From Candidatus Fimenecus sp. (GTDB lineage: Bacteria > Bacillota > Clostridia > Oscillospirales > Acutalibacteraceae): a stretch of 64,000 bases of DNA. The stretch lies in contig JAZNYY010000043.1 in assembly GCA_045594645.1 (NCBI GenBank), positions 3,562-67,561 of the forward strand. The letters run 5' to 3'. The position numbers and the translations under genes were made by a program. Positions 30,762-39,202 of the stretch are shown here, in pieces. The notes beneath the pieces were generated by a model. It ran no database searches. It worked only from the letters and a program-made list of their open reading frames with translations, and was not told where the DNA came from. Position 1 is the first letter of the stretch. Each line of letters opens with the position of its first letter.

Positions 30762-30851
30762 AAGTTTTACCTCCCTATTTTTTTACATTAATATTCTATC
30801 ATTGAACTTTTTGTCATTCAATGTATTTTTTATAGTTATTTTGGGAATTTT

Positions 30852-31574
30852 TTATTGCTCATCAGTAAAGTTTGAGTCATCTTCCCAATAAGCCACATCA
30901 AAGGGGTCTTTGTCGGGGTCATAAACATCCCATAATTCGTGTTCGAATTCTGCGGGCTGTGTAGGGCACTCTGCGATTGCCTCAACCTTCATTCCTCTTG
31001 ACCAGATTGACGGGTCAATGCGGATTGTATAACCACAGCAAGAGGGCGTTAACCACTCATGCATTGGGGCTTCAGGGAGTGCGTAAGTCTGCATAAGCGA
31101 CATAATTACACCGCCGTGTGTAATAACCGCAGTATTTTTAACGCCTGCCTCAATTACACCGTCAACAATCTTTTCAAAGCAAGCACAAATTCTGTAATTA
31201 AAACGCACTTGACTATCACCAAAGGGTGCGGCTTTGTTGGGGTTTGTGCCTGCAAGCCACTCGGCAAAATCCTCGTCGTCCTGTAATTCTTCGGCAGTTT
31301 TCCCCTCGAATTCACCGAAATCGTATTCACGCAAATCGTCAAGAATTATCGGGTTTTTATCGGGATAAATCGCATTTGCGGTTTCGATACATCTTTTTAA
31401 AGGGCTTGAAAATACCGCGTCGACCTCGGGGTAATCGCCGTAATTTTCCATTATATCGTGAAGCTGCGCCATACCCTCTTCACATACGGGCTCGTCGGTA
31501 TGTCCGATATATCTGCCCTCAAGATTACCCTTTGTAACAGCGTGGCGGATTAAATGAATTTGGTAAGTTTTCAT
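30852..31574 (-). CDS. Histidine phosphatase family protein (phosphoglycerate-mutase-like)
   Basis: The start is at MKTYQIHLIRHAVTKGN (RH-x motif). Later ITHGGVI supplies the second catalytic His. Confidence 0.75.
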   Translation of the reverse strand: MKTYQIHLIRHAVTKGNLEGRYIGHTDEPVCEEGMAQLHDIMENYGDYPEVDAVFSSPLKRCIETANAIYPDKNPIILDDLREYDFGEFEGKTAEELQDDEDFAEWLAGTNPNKAAPFGDSQVRFNYRICACFEKIVDGVIEAGVKNTAVITHGGVIMSLMQTYALPEAPMHEWLTPSCCGYTIRIDPSIWSRGMKVEAIAECPTQPAEFEHELWDVYDPDKDPFDVAYWEDDSNFTDEQ

Positions 31575-31668
31575 ACTTTGACTCCTGAAAATTTGTGAAT
31601 TCGCACAATATACAAATTGTTGAATTCGGTATATAATTTTAATACTATTTGTATAAAAAGGTGATTTT

Positions 31669-32292
31669 ATGAGTACACCCATTTCAACAAGACTTGTAAC
31701 CTTGAGAAAAGATAAAAATTTAAGTCAGAAAGAAGCCGCGGCGGCTCTTGGCGTTTCGCAGGGACTTTTATCGCACTACGAAAAAGGTATTCGCGAATGC
31801 GGACTTGATTTTTTGTGCCGTGCCGCAACCTTTTATGATGTAAGCTCGGACTACCTTTTAGGCCTTTCTGACACAAAAATGATGTCTGACGCGCTTTTTG
31901 CCGAAGATGAAATCCCGCAAGACAGCGAAATGAGAATGAGTACAATTTTCCGTTCATCAGTTTATCTGCTTGACCGTTTGGGCTCATTCGGCAGAAATTA
32001 CGGAAGCAAAATCAGAGCAATTTATATTCTGACCATTTACAAGGTTTATCTTGCGGCACTCTCGCAAGGCGCATTGCCCAATCACGAGCTGGCTAAAAAG
32101 GATTTATCGCCCTACCTTTCAACCATAACCATTGACAATATTATCAACAGTTTAACCTTTGAAGGTGACGCGAAACCAAAAAGAAGCGAGCACCTGCCAA
32201 AGACAATGGACACAATTATTAAAGAAGCCACAAAAATTATTGAAAAAGAAGTTGCAAGAGTTAACAGAATTGTAAACAGACAATCAAAGTAA
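31669..32292 (+). CDS. XRE-family HTH transcriptional regulator with C-terminal helical domain
   Basis: The HTH is LRKDKNLSQKEAAAALGVSQGLLSHYEKG. The gene is divergent from the phosphatase gene. Confidence 0.75.
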   Translation: MSTPISTRLVTLRKDKNLSQKEAAAALGVSQGLLSHYEKGIRECGLDFLCRAATFYDVSSDYLLGLSDTKMMSDALFAEDEIPQDSEMRMSTIFRSSVYLLDRLGSFGRNYGSKIRAIYILTIYKVYLAALSQGALPNHELAKKDLSPYLSTITIDNIINSLTFEGDAKPKRSEHLPKTMDTIIKEATKIIEKEVARVNRIVNRQSK

Positions 32293-33108
32293 CTCTTTAT
32301 AAATCACGCTTTTCTTAAAGCCCGTTTCGGCAGCAATGGTTTTTGACGCCTCGTTTACGCTGACGCCTTTATTTACAAGCTCTTTTGCCAAGCTTACAGC
32401 CTCTTCTAAAGTGAGGGGCTGTTTTTCTTTTTGCTTTTCTGCACCCGCCAAAATCAACACATATTCACCGCGGGGATTTTCAATTTCATAATGTTCAATA
32501 GCTTTTTTAAGGCTTGTCCTAAAAACCGTTTCGTGAATTTTTGTAAGCTCACGCACTAAGGCAATCTGGCGGTCACCAAAATATGCATACATATCGTTAA
32601 GTGTCGCTTTTAACTTATGAGGAGCTTCATAAAAAATCATTGTGCGGGTTTCGTTCTTTAATTCTTCAAGATGCTCTTTTCGGCTTGGCTTATTTGTACT
32701 TAAAAAGCCCTCAAAAGTAAATCGACCGCTTTCCATTCCGCTAACTGCAAGTGCCGTTGCAAATGCGGTAGGACCCGGCACGGACTCAACGGGAATATTA
32801 TTCTCGTGGCACAAATACACCAAATCTTGTCCGGGGTCAGAAATACAGGGCATACCCGCATCGGTAACAATTGCGCAGGTTTCACCCTCAAGAATTCTTT
32901 TTACAATTATTTCGCCTTTTTCACGGCGGTTATGCTCAAAATAGCTGATTAATGGCTTTTTTATATCAAAGTAATTAAGTAATTTTGAAGTAACGCGAGT
33001 ATCCTCGGCAGCGATAAAATCAACACTTTCCAAGGTTTCTTTCGCTCTCGGAGAAAAATCGGACAAGTTGCCGATGGGTGTTCCTACAACATAAAGCTTA
33101 CCACTCAT
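32284..33108 (-). CDS. rsmI: 16S rRNA (cytidine1402-2'-O)-methyltransferase
   Basis: The N-terminus GKLYVVGTPIGNLSDFSPRA and the tetrapyrrole-methylase fold length (274 aa) match. Confidence 0.9.
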   Translation of the reverse strand: MSGKLYVVGTPIGNLSDFSPRAKETLESVDFIAAEDTRVTSKLLNYFDIKKPLISYFEHNRREKGEIIVKRILEGETCAIVTDAGMPCISDPGQDLVYLCHENNIPVESVPGPTAFATALAVSGMESGRFTFEGFLSTNKPSRKEHLEELKNETRTMIFYEAPHKLKATLNDMYAYFGDRQIALVRELTKIHETVFRTSLKKAIEHYEIENPRGEYVLILAGAEKQKEKQPLTLEEAVSLAKELVNKGVSVNEASKTIAAETGFKKSVIYKELL

Positions 33109-33120
33109 TGTTTTTCTCCT

Positions 33121-33864
33121 TTACTTTCTGTATTTTTCGGTGATTTCGAGCATTTCATCGCTCAAAGTTCCGTCTTGATTATATGCAACCAACTGTGCCT
33201 CGACCTTTAAGCCGTTTTTAGCACCGCGTTTACCCTCTATTAGCACAAGCCACGGCTGAGTGTCACCTTTTTTCGACACAAATCGAAGTCTTTTCGGCTC
33301 AATTCCGTTATTGTGCATTGCTGTCATTGCGTCAAAAACTCGTTCAGGGCGGTGACAAATGCAGAACTTACCGCCAAATTTTAACAATCTTGAAGCACTT
33401 TTTGCAATATCTTCCATATTACAAGCAGTTTCGTGACGGGCAAGACAAGCTCCCTCGTCCATATTTTTTATTCCGCCACCCGCAATTTTATATGGTGGGT
33501 TCATCGTTACCAAATCATAAGAGCCGACCTCAAAATCGCTGATGTTTTTCAAATCTATATTATGTACTTTGATTTTATCTGTATTATTCAGAGCAAGTGA
33601 ACGGTACATCTGCTCACAAGCATTAGCCTGAATTTCAACAGCATCAATGCTTTTACATTTGCCGTCGCGAAGCCACAAAAACGGGATAATTCCGCACCCC
33701 GAACCGAAATCACAGGCAATATCATATTTTTTAGGGCTTGCAAAAGAGGCTAAAAGCATAGCATCTGTACCAAAAGTGTGTTGCTTTGAAACGATTAAGC
33801 CGACGCCCTCGCCCAAGTCCTCAATATGCTCGCCGTCGAAAAGCCCGATATTATCAGTCAACAT
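33121..33864 (-). CDS. tRNA (adenine-N6)-methyltransferase, YabB/TrmN6-like
   Basis: A SAM motif (ACDFGSGCGI) and an N6-MTase motif (NPPY, in VTMNPPYKI) are present. ATG 33864 has a better-spaced RBS than 33879. Confidence 0.75.
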   Translation of the reverse strand: MLTDNIGLFDGEHIEDLGEGVGLIVSKQHTFGTDAMLLASFASPKKYDIACDFGSGCGIIPFLWLRDGKCKSIDAVEIQANACEQMYRSLALNNTDKIKVHNIDLKNISDFEVGSYDLVTMNPPYKIAGGGIKNMDEGACLARHETACNMEDIAKSASRLLKFGGKFCICHRPERVFDAMTAMHNNGIEPKRLRFVSKKGDTQPWLVLIEGKRGAKNGLKVEAQLVAYNQDGTLSDEMLEITEKYRK

Positions 33865-34588
33865 AAATATCCTCAACATCCTCCATACTTCTTACGGTAG
33901 TGACCATAAGAGCAAGCGAATCGTCATTTTTAGGGAACACAAGCACCTTAATCACCGAAGTATCCTTACGGCGCTTGAATTTCACATCTTTAGCCTCGGT
34001 GTAAACAACCTCCATTGAGTGAATTGTTCCACCGCATTGCTTGATAGTTTTTGTAATCAAAGGGATTTGAGTTCCCACATCTTTAATCTCAATAAAAAGA
34101 AGCTTACCCGCTGAACCACGCACAATAAATCTTTTAAGGGAATTAAGTGTAAGATAAATTACAACGGTTGCCACAAGTCCGCCCACAATAAAGCCCGAGC
34201 CCACGGCAATACCGATACACGAAACTGCCCAGAGCGATGCGGCGGTAGTAAGTCCCTTAACGGAAAAGCCTTCACGAAGAATTGTACCCGCGCCCAAGAA
34301 ACCGATACCGCTTAAGACCTGCGCACTCATTCGGGTAACATCGGTAGTAAGCCCTTGCTCTTTTGCAATATAAACTGAAGTGAGCATTACAAGTGCAGAG
34401 CCCACGGACACAAGAATATGAGTTCTAAAGCCTGCAGGACGATGTGAATGCTCACGCTCAAAGCCGATAATACCGCTAAGTAGTGCCGCAAGCCCGATTT
34501 TAACGATTGCATCAACTGTATAACGCACCTCGTCAAAAGACCAGCACCACAAAGCCGCATCCTTTAACCATTCCCAAACTTCTGCCAA
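33854..34588 (-). CDS. MgtC/SapB family membrane protein
   Basis: GFEREHSHRPAGFRTHILVSVGSALV is the MgtC signature. The protein has 4-5 TM helices and a soluble ACT-like C-terminal domain. Confidence 0.85.
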   Translation of the reverse strand: MAEVWEWLKDAALWCWSFDEVRYTVDAIVKIGLAALLSGIIGFEREHSHRPAGFRTHILVSVGSALVMLTSVYIAKEQGLTTDVTRMSAQVLSGIGFLGAGTILREGFSVKGLTTAASLWAVSCIGIAVGSGFIVGGLVATVVIYLTLNSLKRFIVRGSAGKLLFIEIKDVGTQIPLITKTIKQCGGTIHSMEVVYTEAKDVKFKRRKDTSVIKVLVFPKNDDSLALMVTTVRSMEDVEDIYVD

Positions 34589-34605
34589 CAGAACTCAACT
34601 CCTAA

Positions 34606-37395
34606 TTAAATCTTTTTGATGAAAGGTAGTATTGACAAAACAACTGTCCATACTAACTGATACACTATAATCTGCCATACACCAATTTGTGCAAGTCCTG
34701 AAAGGAATGCAAGTAAAACTACACCTGCAACACCTAAAAATGCTGCAACGAATTGAATAACTCTTGATACATTAACAAAATTATTTATTTCAAATGAGGC
34801 GTGAAGTGACATTAACATAGTCTTAATTCCACCGCGGTGGATAATCTTTGCATCGGCACGCTCTGCCTCGTTATTTTTAACCTTTGTGAACATCTCGCCT
34901 GCAACGGGGTTAATTATTTTAACCACATTTGACGGAAGCCCGAATTCCTGCTCTAAAAACTGCTCGGTAATATTTGCGTCAGAGGTTCTGAAGAAGATTG
35001 TAAGACCATCTTTTTCAAGCTCACGCATATATTTTGCAGTTTCTTCGTTTGCCTTATACACAACAACAAACATTGCAGAAATTTTACCCTCAATTGCAAG
35101 ATAAATCACATTTCTGCCGTCCTGCTTGAATTTTTCTTCCAAATCCTTATCGGGCACTTCAACATTGTGATGAACAAGCAATTCACGATTACCCACTAAT
35201 ACGCGGTGATTGTGAATCCAGCAAGAGCAACCGAGCTTTTCTTCATAAGAGAGTGACTCAACGGGGAACAAAAGCTGACGCTTGCCGTCAATTACGCCCT
35301 CAAAGATTTCTGCCATTACTCCGCCAGATGCGATAACAACTGATGCAGTATAAAGAATTGCCTCGTCAATACGCATTTTGTGGTAAATCTTCATACCCTC
35401 AATGTTGCAACCGCCCTTTTGGAAGGCATCACAAGCGTCAATTACAACACCGTTGGAGTTAACTGCATCTTCAACTGCGCTATAGCCGTTGATTACTGCA
35501 CCCTCAACATTCAACTTCTTGTTTACTGCACGAAGATTTACTGCCGCTGAAAGACCTGCCGTCATAGGAAGTCCCATAAGCACAACACCCGCGAAGGTGC
35601 TAAAGCCCGCAAAGGCATTTTTTGACACAAAGCCGTAAATTACACCAGCAAGCAACGCCACAATTGCCACCGCGGGAACTGCGATATTAAGAAGGGGCCC
35701 TGTAACCTCTGCCGAGCGGGAAAGCTCAACGAAGCGTGCGGGGAAGCCTATTCTTGCGGAATATTTAATATCGGGGTCACCAAGCATAAGACCGCGTGCG
35801 ATTTCGTTTGCGGTATCCTCATGACCTATGTTTTCAACACTATGTGGCTCATCGTTTTCGGCGAGAACTTCAAAATTCTCGGCATCGGTTTTACAACGCA
35901 CAAGCTCGCTGACCGCCTTTAAAATCATCGGTACAACCGACGCACCCGCAATAAGATGCGCTGTGGACTCAACATTATCAGTAAAAGCAAAACCTGCAAC
36001 ACATTGAATAATGCCCGCAATTGCTGAAACTGCAATTACGGTATCTGCATCAGCAGTTTTATTTTTAAGCCCTGCAATTGCATTTTTAAAGCTTGAGAAG
36101 TTAACTACGCAAGCGCAAAGCAAAAGCAATAACTGAACTGCAACATAAACAAATTCGTTATTACCGTAGATTTCAAAATTACCGTTTTCTGCTCCTGCTA
36201 CGGCGGCTAAAACACACATTGCAAATGCGATAAACGAGAGAACTGCAAGCTTTACAATAATACTCTTTTTCTCGGTTTCAAAAACCTTGCGTACTGCTTT
36301 TTTATCTTTAGGGCCGAAGTATTCGCGGGCTACATTCACCTTTCTTCTTTCGAAGCGACGCTTACGGCGAACCGGCTCTGCCTCTGTTTCAAATTCTTCT
36401 TCGGGCTCATCAACCTCTTGCTTAAAGATAAGCCCACTCTTTACGAATTCGTCAACAACACCCTTTCGTGTTTCGCGAAGCTGTGCCTCTGCCTCTTCTT
36501 CGGACTGTTGCATTACGGGCTCGTCATCAACAAAGCCCTCAAACATAATCTGATTATCTTCTTCTCTTGAAGACGATGAAATCTCTTCTTTTTCGAGCAT
36601 ATCCTCTGCGGGAACAATTGTCGGCAATGGTTCAAAGCCGTCAGTATTTGAAGATGCTGCTCTTTTTACCACAACGCCGGGGGTTTCAATGGTCTTCTGT
36701 GGCAATGAAGCGACAAGTGCGCGGTGTTCCTGAGTTTTCTCAAGATTCTGCACGGGCTTATTCATAAAATGCTTTCTGTATTTTTCTTCGCCGATGGCAG
36801 AGCTTGAAAGTGCTTCGCCGTCACCGGTTGTGGTGCGAACAACCTTATTTCCTAAATTATGAGAGATATTCGGATTATATGCACCGCGAATGTCAACCTC
36901 GTTGAACATTCTTGTTTTTTCAATTGAAATCTGACTGTCAGCAGTTTTGATTTCGGGCTTTTTTTCTTCTGCGGGCAATTCTTCGGGGATTTCTTCTGCC
37001 TCTACGCTGATTAAAGCACCGTCATCGGTAAGCCCAATCTGACCGTCATCTGTAACAGATACAGCCACCTTTGTTTCCTCGGTCTCATCCTTATGAAGCT
37101 CAGGAATATTAATTTCAAATTTCTTCTCTTTCTTTTGCGGTGCGGGAACAACGGGCTTTATTGCCACGGTTTTCTCCTCTGCTTTTTGCACCTTTACAGG
37201 CTCTGACTTTGGCTTTTCAGTAGTCTTGGGCAACGCAACCTTGATAGGTTCTTCATCTTCAGGTTCTTCGCCCATAATATCTGCGAGAAGTGCGTCAATC
37301 CGTGCGAAAGAATATTCCTCTACCGCGTCGTCACCGTTATATTTTTTTGCTGATTCAAGAATATCGTCAATTAACGATTCAGGTATTTTTGCCAT
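34606..37395 (-). CDS. Degenerate (catalytically dead) P1B-type ATPase-like membrane protein with ~370-aa acidic disordered N-terminus
   Basis: The protein is colinear with heavy-metal P-type ATPases, but every catalytic motif is changed. DKTGT becomes DACDAF (35422-35439), CPC becomes LPM, TGDN becomes TSDAN, GDGIND becomes HRGGIK, and no TGES is present. Confidence 0.6.
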   Translation of the reverse strand: MAKIPESLIDDILESAKKYNGDDAVEEYSFARIDALLADIMGEEPEDEEPIKVALPKTTEKPKSEPVKVQKAEEKTVAIKPVVPAPQKKEKKFEINIPELHKDETEETKVAVSVTDDGQIGLTDDGALISVEAEEIPEELPAEEKKPEIKTADSQISIEKTRMFNEVDIRGAYNPNISHNLGNKVVRTTTGDGEALSSSAIGEEKYRKHFMNKPVQNLEKTQEHRALVASLPQKTIETPGVVVKRAASSNTDGFEPLPTIVPAEDMLEKEEISSSSREEDNQIMFEGFVDDEPVMQQSEEEAEAQLRETRKGVVDEFVKSGLIFKQEVDEPEEEFETEAEPVRRKRRFERRKVNVAREYFGPKDKKAVRKVFETEKKSIIVKLAVLSFIAFAMCVLAAVAGAENGNFEIYGNNEFVYVAVQLLLLLCACVVNFSSFKNAIAGLKNKTADADTVIAVSAIAGIIQCVAGFAFTDNVESTAHLIAGASVVPMILKAVSELVRCKTDAENFEVLAENDEPHSVENIGHEDTANEIARGLMLGDPDIKYSARIGFPARFVELSRSAEVTGPLLNIAVPAVAIVALLAGVIYGFVSKNAFAGFSTFAGVVLMGLPMTAGLSAAVNLRAVNKKLNVEGAVINGYSAVEDAVNSNGVVIDACDAFQKGGCNIEGMKIYHKMRIDEAILYTASVVIASGGVMAEIFEGVIDGKRQLLFPVESLSYEEKLGCSCWIHNHRVLVGNRELLVHHNVEVPDKDLEEKFKQDGRNVIYLAIEGKISAMFVVVYKANEETAKYMRELEKDGLTIFFRTSDANITEQFLEQEFGLPSNVVKIINPVAGEMFTKVKNNEAERADAKIIHRGGIKTMLMSLHASFEINNFVNVSRVIQFVAAFLGVAGVVLLAFLSGLAQIGVWQIIVYQLVWTVVLSILPFIKKI

Positions 37396-37436
37396 AATAA
37401 AATTCCCCCGAATTATTTATTATAGTTTAATTCTAA

Positions 37437-38210
37437 TTATTTTCTTCTGTACGAGAACTCATACATTAATATTCCGCCTGCCACGGACGCGTTTAATGAA
37501 TTGATTTGACCTTTCATTTTAAGCGAGATAATAAAATCACACTTTTCGCGGACAATACGGCTCATTCCGTCGCCCTCTGAGCCGATTACGAGCACCGCCG
37601 CACCGTCAAGGTTAACCGAGCGAACATCTTCACCGCCCATATCAGCGCCGTAAACCCACATTCCTTTTTCTTTGAGGTCATCAAGAGTTGCCGAGAGATT
37701 TGAAACGCGGGCAACCTTCATATACTCAAGAGCGCCTGCACTTGTTTTGCCGACAGTGTAGTTAAGCGATGCACTTCTGCGTTTCGGAATGATTATTCCG
37801 TGAACACCCGCTGCCTCGGCAGTACGGATTATCGCACCGAGGTTATGCGGGTCTTCAATTCCGTCACACACAACTATGAACGGTGCTTCGCCTCGCTCTT
37901 CAGCAACGGCTAAAATCTCATCAACAGTTGAATAATCGTGAGCCGCACAAATTGCAGCAACGCCCTGATGATTGGCTTGTCCGCACATAAAATCGAGCTT
38001 CTTGCGGTCAACCTCTTTAACGACCGCACCTTTTTCACGGCATTCGCCGATAATCTTGCCTACAGAACCGCCCTTTTCACCACGAACAACATACAAGGTG
38101 TCAATTTCGCGGCCCGATTTTATAAGCTCGGTCACGGCATTTCTGCCGATTATTAAATCCTTTTGTCTTTCTTCTTGGAATTTATCAAATTTTTCTGTTC
38201 TTTTATCCAT
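37437..38210 (-). CDS. rlmB: 23S rRNA (guanosine-2'-O)-methyltransferase, TrmH/SpoU family
   Basis: A SpoU substrate-binding N-terminal domain is followed by a SpoU MTase domain (DPHNLGAIIRTAEAAG, LVIGSEGDGM, SLNASVAGGI). ATG 38210 has a GGAGG RBS. Confidence 0.85.
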   Translation of the reverse strand: MDKRTEKFDKFQEERQKDLIIGRNAVTELIKSGREIDTLYVVRGEKGGSVGKIIGECREKGAVVKEVDRKKLDFMCGQANHQGVAAICAAHDYSTVDEILAVAEERGEAPFIVVCDGIEDPHNLGAIIRTAEAAGVHGIIIPKRRSASLNYTVGKTSAGALEYMKVARVSNLSATLDDLKEKGMWVYGADMGGEDVRSVNLDGAAVLVIGSEGDGMSRIVREKCDFIISLKMKGQINSLNASVAGGILMYEFSYRRK

Positions 38211-38258
38211 TTGAAGCCTCCGTATAGGCATAATTCTGCATATTATTTTTAATAATTC

Positions 38259-38287
38259 ATTATAACAAAAAATCCCTTGTATTACAA
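38259..38287 (-). promoter_or_regulatory. Putative sigma-A promoter for rlmB (TTGTAA-17-TGtTATAAT)
   Basis: The minus strand has a -35 TTGTAA at 38287-38282 and an extended -10 TGTTATAAT at 38267-38259. The promoter overlaps the upstream terminator hairpin. Confidence 0.4.
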
Positions 38288-38298
38288 GAGATTTTTAA
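38268..38298 (-). terminator. Intrinsic terminator downstream of murT-gatD
   Basis: The minus strand reads aaatctcttg-taata-caagggattt followed by a T-run. Confidence 0.5.
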
Positions 38299-38367
38299 CA
38301 ATATATTGTGTCCTGAGGCTTGTTTTTTCTATAATTTTTGATATATTTTGTATTTTGAAAAGAAAAA

Positions 38368-38491
38368 GCCTTCCCCTTGAGGGGAAGGTGCCGAGGAACG
38401 AGGCGGATGAGGTGTAAAACATTTTAACGGATACTCCGTATCCTACACCTCATCAGTCGCTTCGCGACAGCTTCTCCTCAAGGAGAAGCCC
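38368..38491. repeat. Multi-hairpin intergenic repeat (gene-less copy)
   Basis: gccttccccttgaggggaaggtg..ggatgaggtg..ggatactccgtatcc..cacctcatc..gtcgcttcgcgac..gcttctcctcaaggagaagc. It closely resembles the copy at 58534-58665. Confidence 0.8.
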
Positions 38492-38495
38492 ATTT

Positions 38496-39200
38496 TTATA
38501 ATAATTCTTTTATTCTGCTTTCATATGCCTTTGCTTCATATGTCAAGGGCACATTAACATAATCACTATCTATAAGCTTTATTAAATATTCTGAAAATTT
38601 TGGATTAAGGGGTAAAATTGGTCCTGTGTGATAGGTCGCGAAAAGGTTATTCTTATGCACACCCTCAATATTTGTATCCTTATTCATTCCTGCGCCCTTT
38701 TTCATTTTAAGGAATGGTGCAGGATTTTCACCGTAGGAATGGCTTAAAAGATTTTTAAAGCCCGTGATTTCCATTCCGTCAAACTCGCCCACGCTACAAT
38801 CGTTATAACGAAGTCGCGAAAACTGCTTTGCGTAATATGGAAAAAAATTAAGACATTCGTGCTTTTCACCCTTTGCATCTTCAATATATTCGCCAAAGAT
38901 TTCAAAAGCATTGCCCGTGGCTAAAATTACTCCGCCGTTTTCAATACGATTTTCAATTGCTTCGCGGTATTTTTTAAGGGCTTCAATCTCTATGAGCTGA
39001 TGCTTTTCTTGGCAAGGACCAATAAGAAGAATATCAACCTGACCATTTGCAAAGCGGGGCTCGTCAAAAAGATTAGTTTCAACCAAGTCAACCTCATAGC
39101 CCGCCAAATTCAATTTCTTCGCAAGATATTCAGCGTTTCCGCGATCACCGTAAAGGTTGTTATATTCGGGGTAAAGCACTTCAATTACAAACTTTTTCAT
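38496..39200 (-). CDS. gatD: GatD-like (CobQ-type glutamine amidotransferase partner of MurT), apparently lacking the Cys nucleophile
   Basis: The N-terminus YPEYNNLYGDRGN and the overall sequence are colinear with GatD, and the gene lies 2 nt downstream of murT. The position of the ..CGGYQ.. nucleophile reads ATGNAF (38904-38921). Confidence 0.7.
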   Translation of the reverse strand: MKKFVIEVLYPEYNNLYGDRGNAEYLAKKLNLAGYEVDLVETNLFDEPRFANGQVDILLIGPCQEKHQLIEIEALKKYREAIENRIENGGVILATGNAFEIFGEYIEDAKGEKHECLNFFPYYAKQFSRLRYNDCSVGEFDGMEITGFKNLLSHSYGENPAPFLKMKKGAGMNKDTNIEGVHKNNLFATYHTGPILPLNPKFSEYLIKLIDSDYVNVPLTYEAKAYESRIKELL

Positions 39201-39202
39201 AA

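Noticed and set aside
30799-30823. Inverted repeat cattgaa-N10-ttcaatg upstream of uxuA as a possible UxuR/KdgR-type operator.
   Set aside because: The arms are only 7 bp and lie in an AT-rich region. No cognate regulator gene is adjacent and there is no second copy in the window, so the evidence is too weak to call.
38368-38491. Possibility that the recurring palindromic repeats are a CRISPR array.
   Set aside because: The copies are tens of kilobases apart and do not alternate regularly with spacers. Each unit is a complex multi-stem element, and no cas genes are present in the window.
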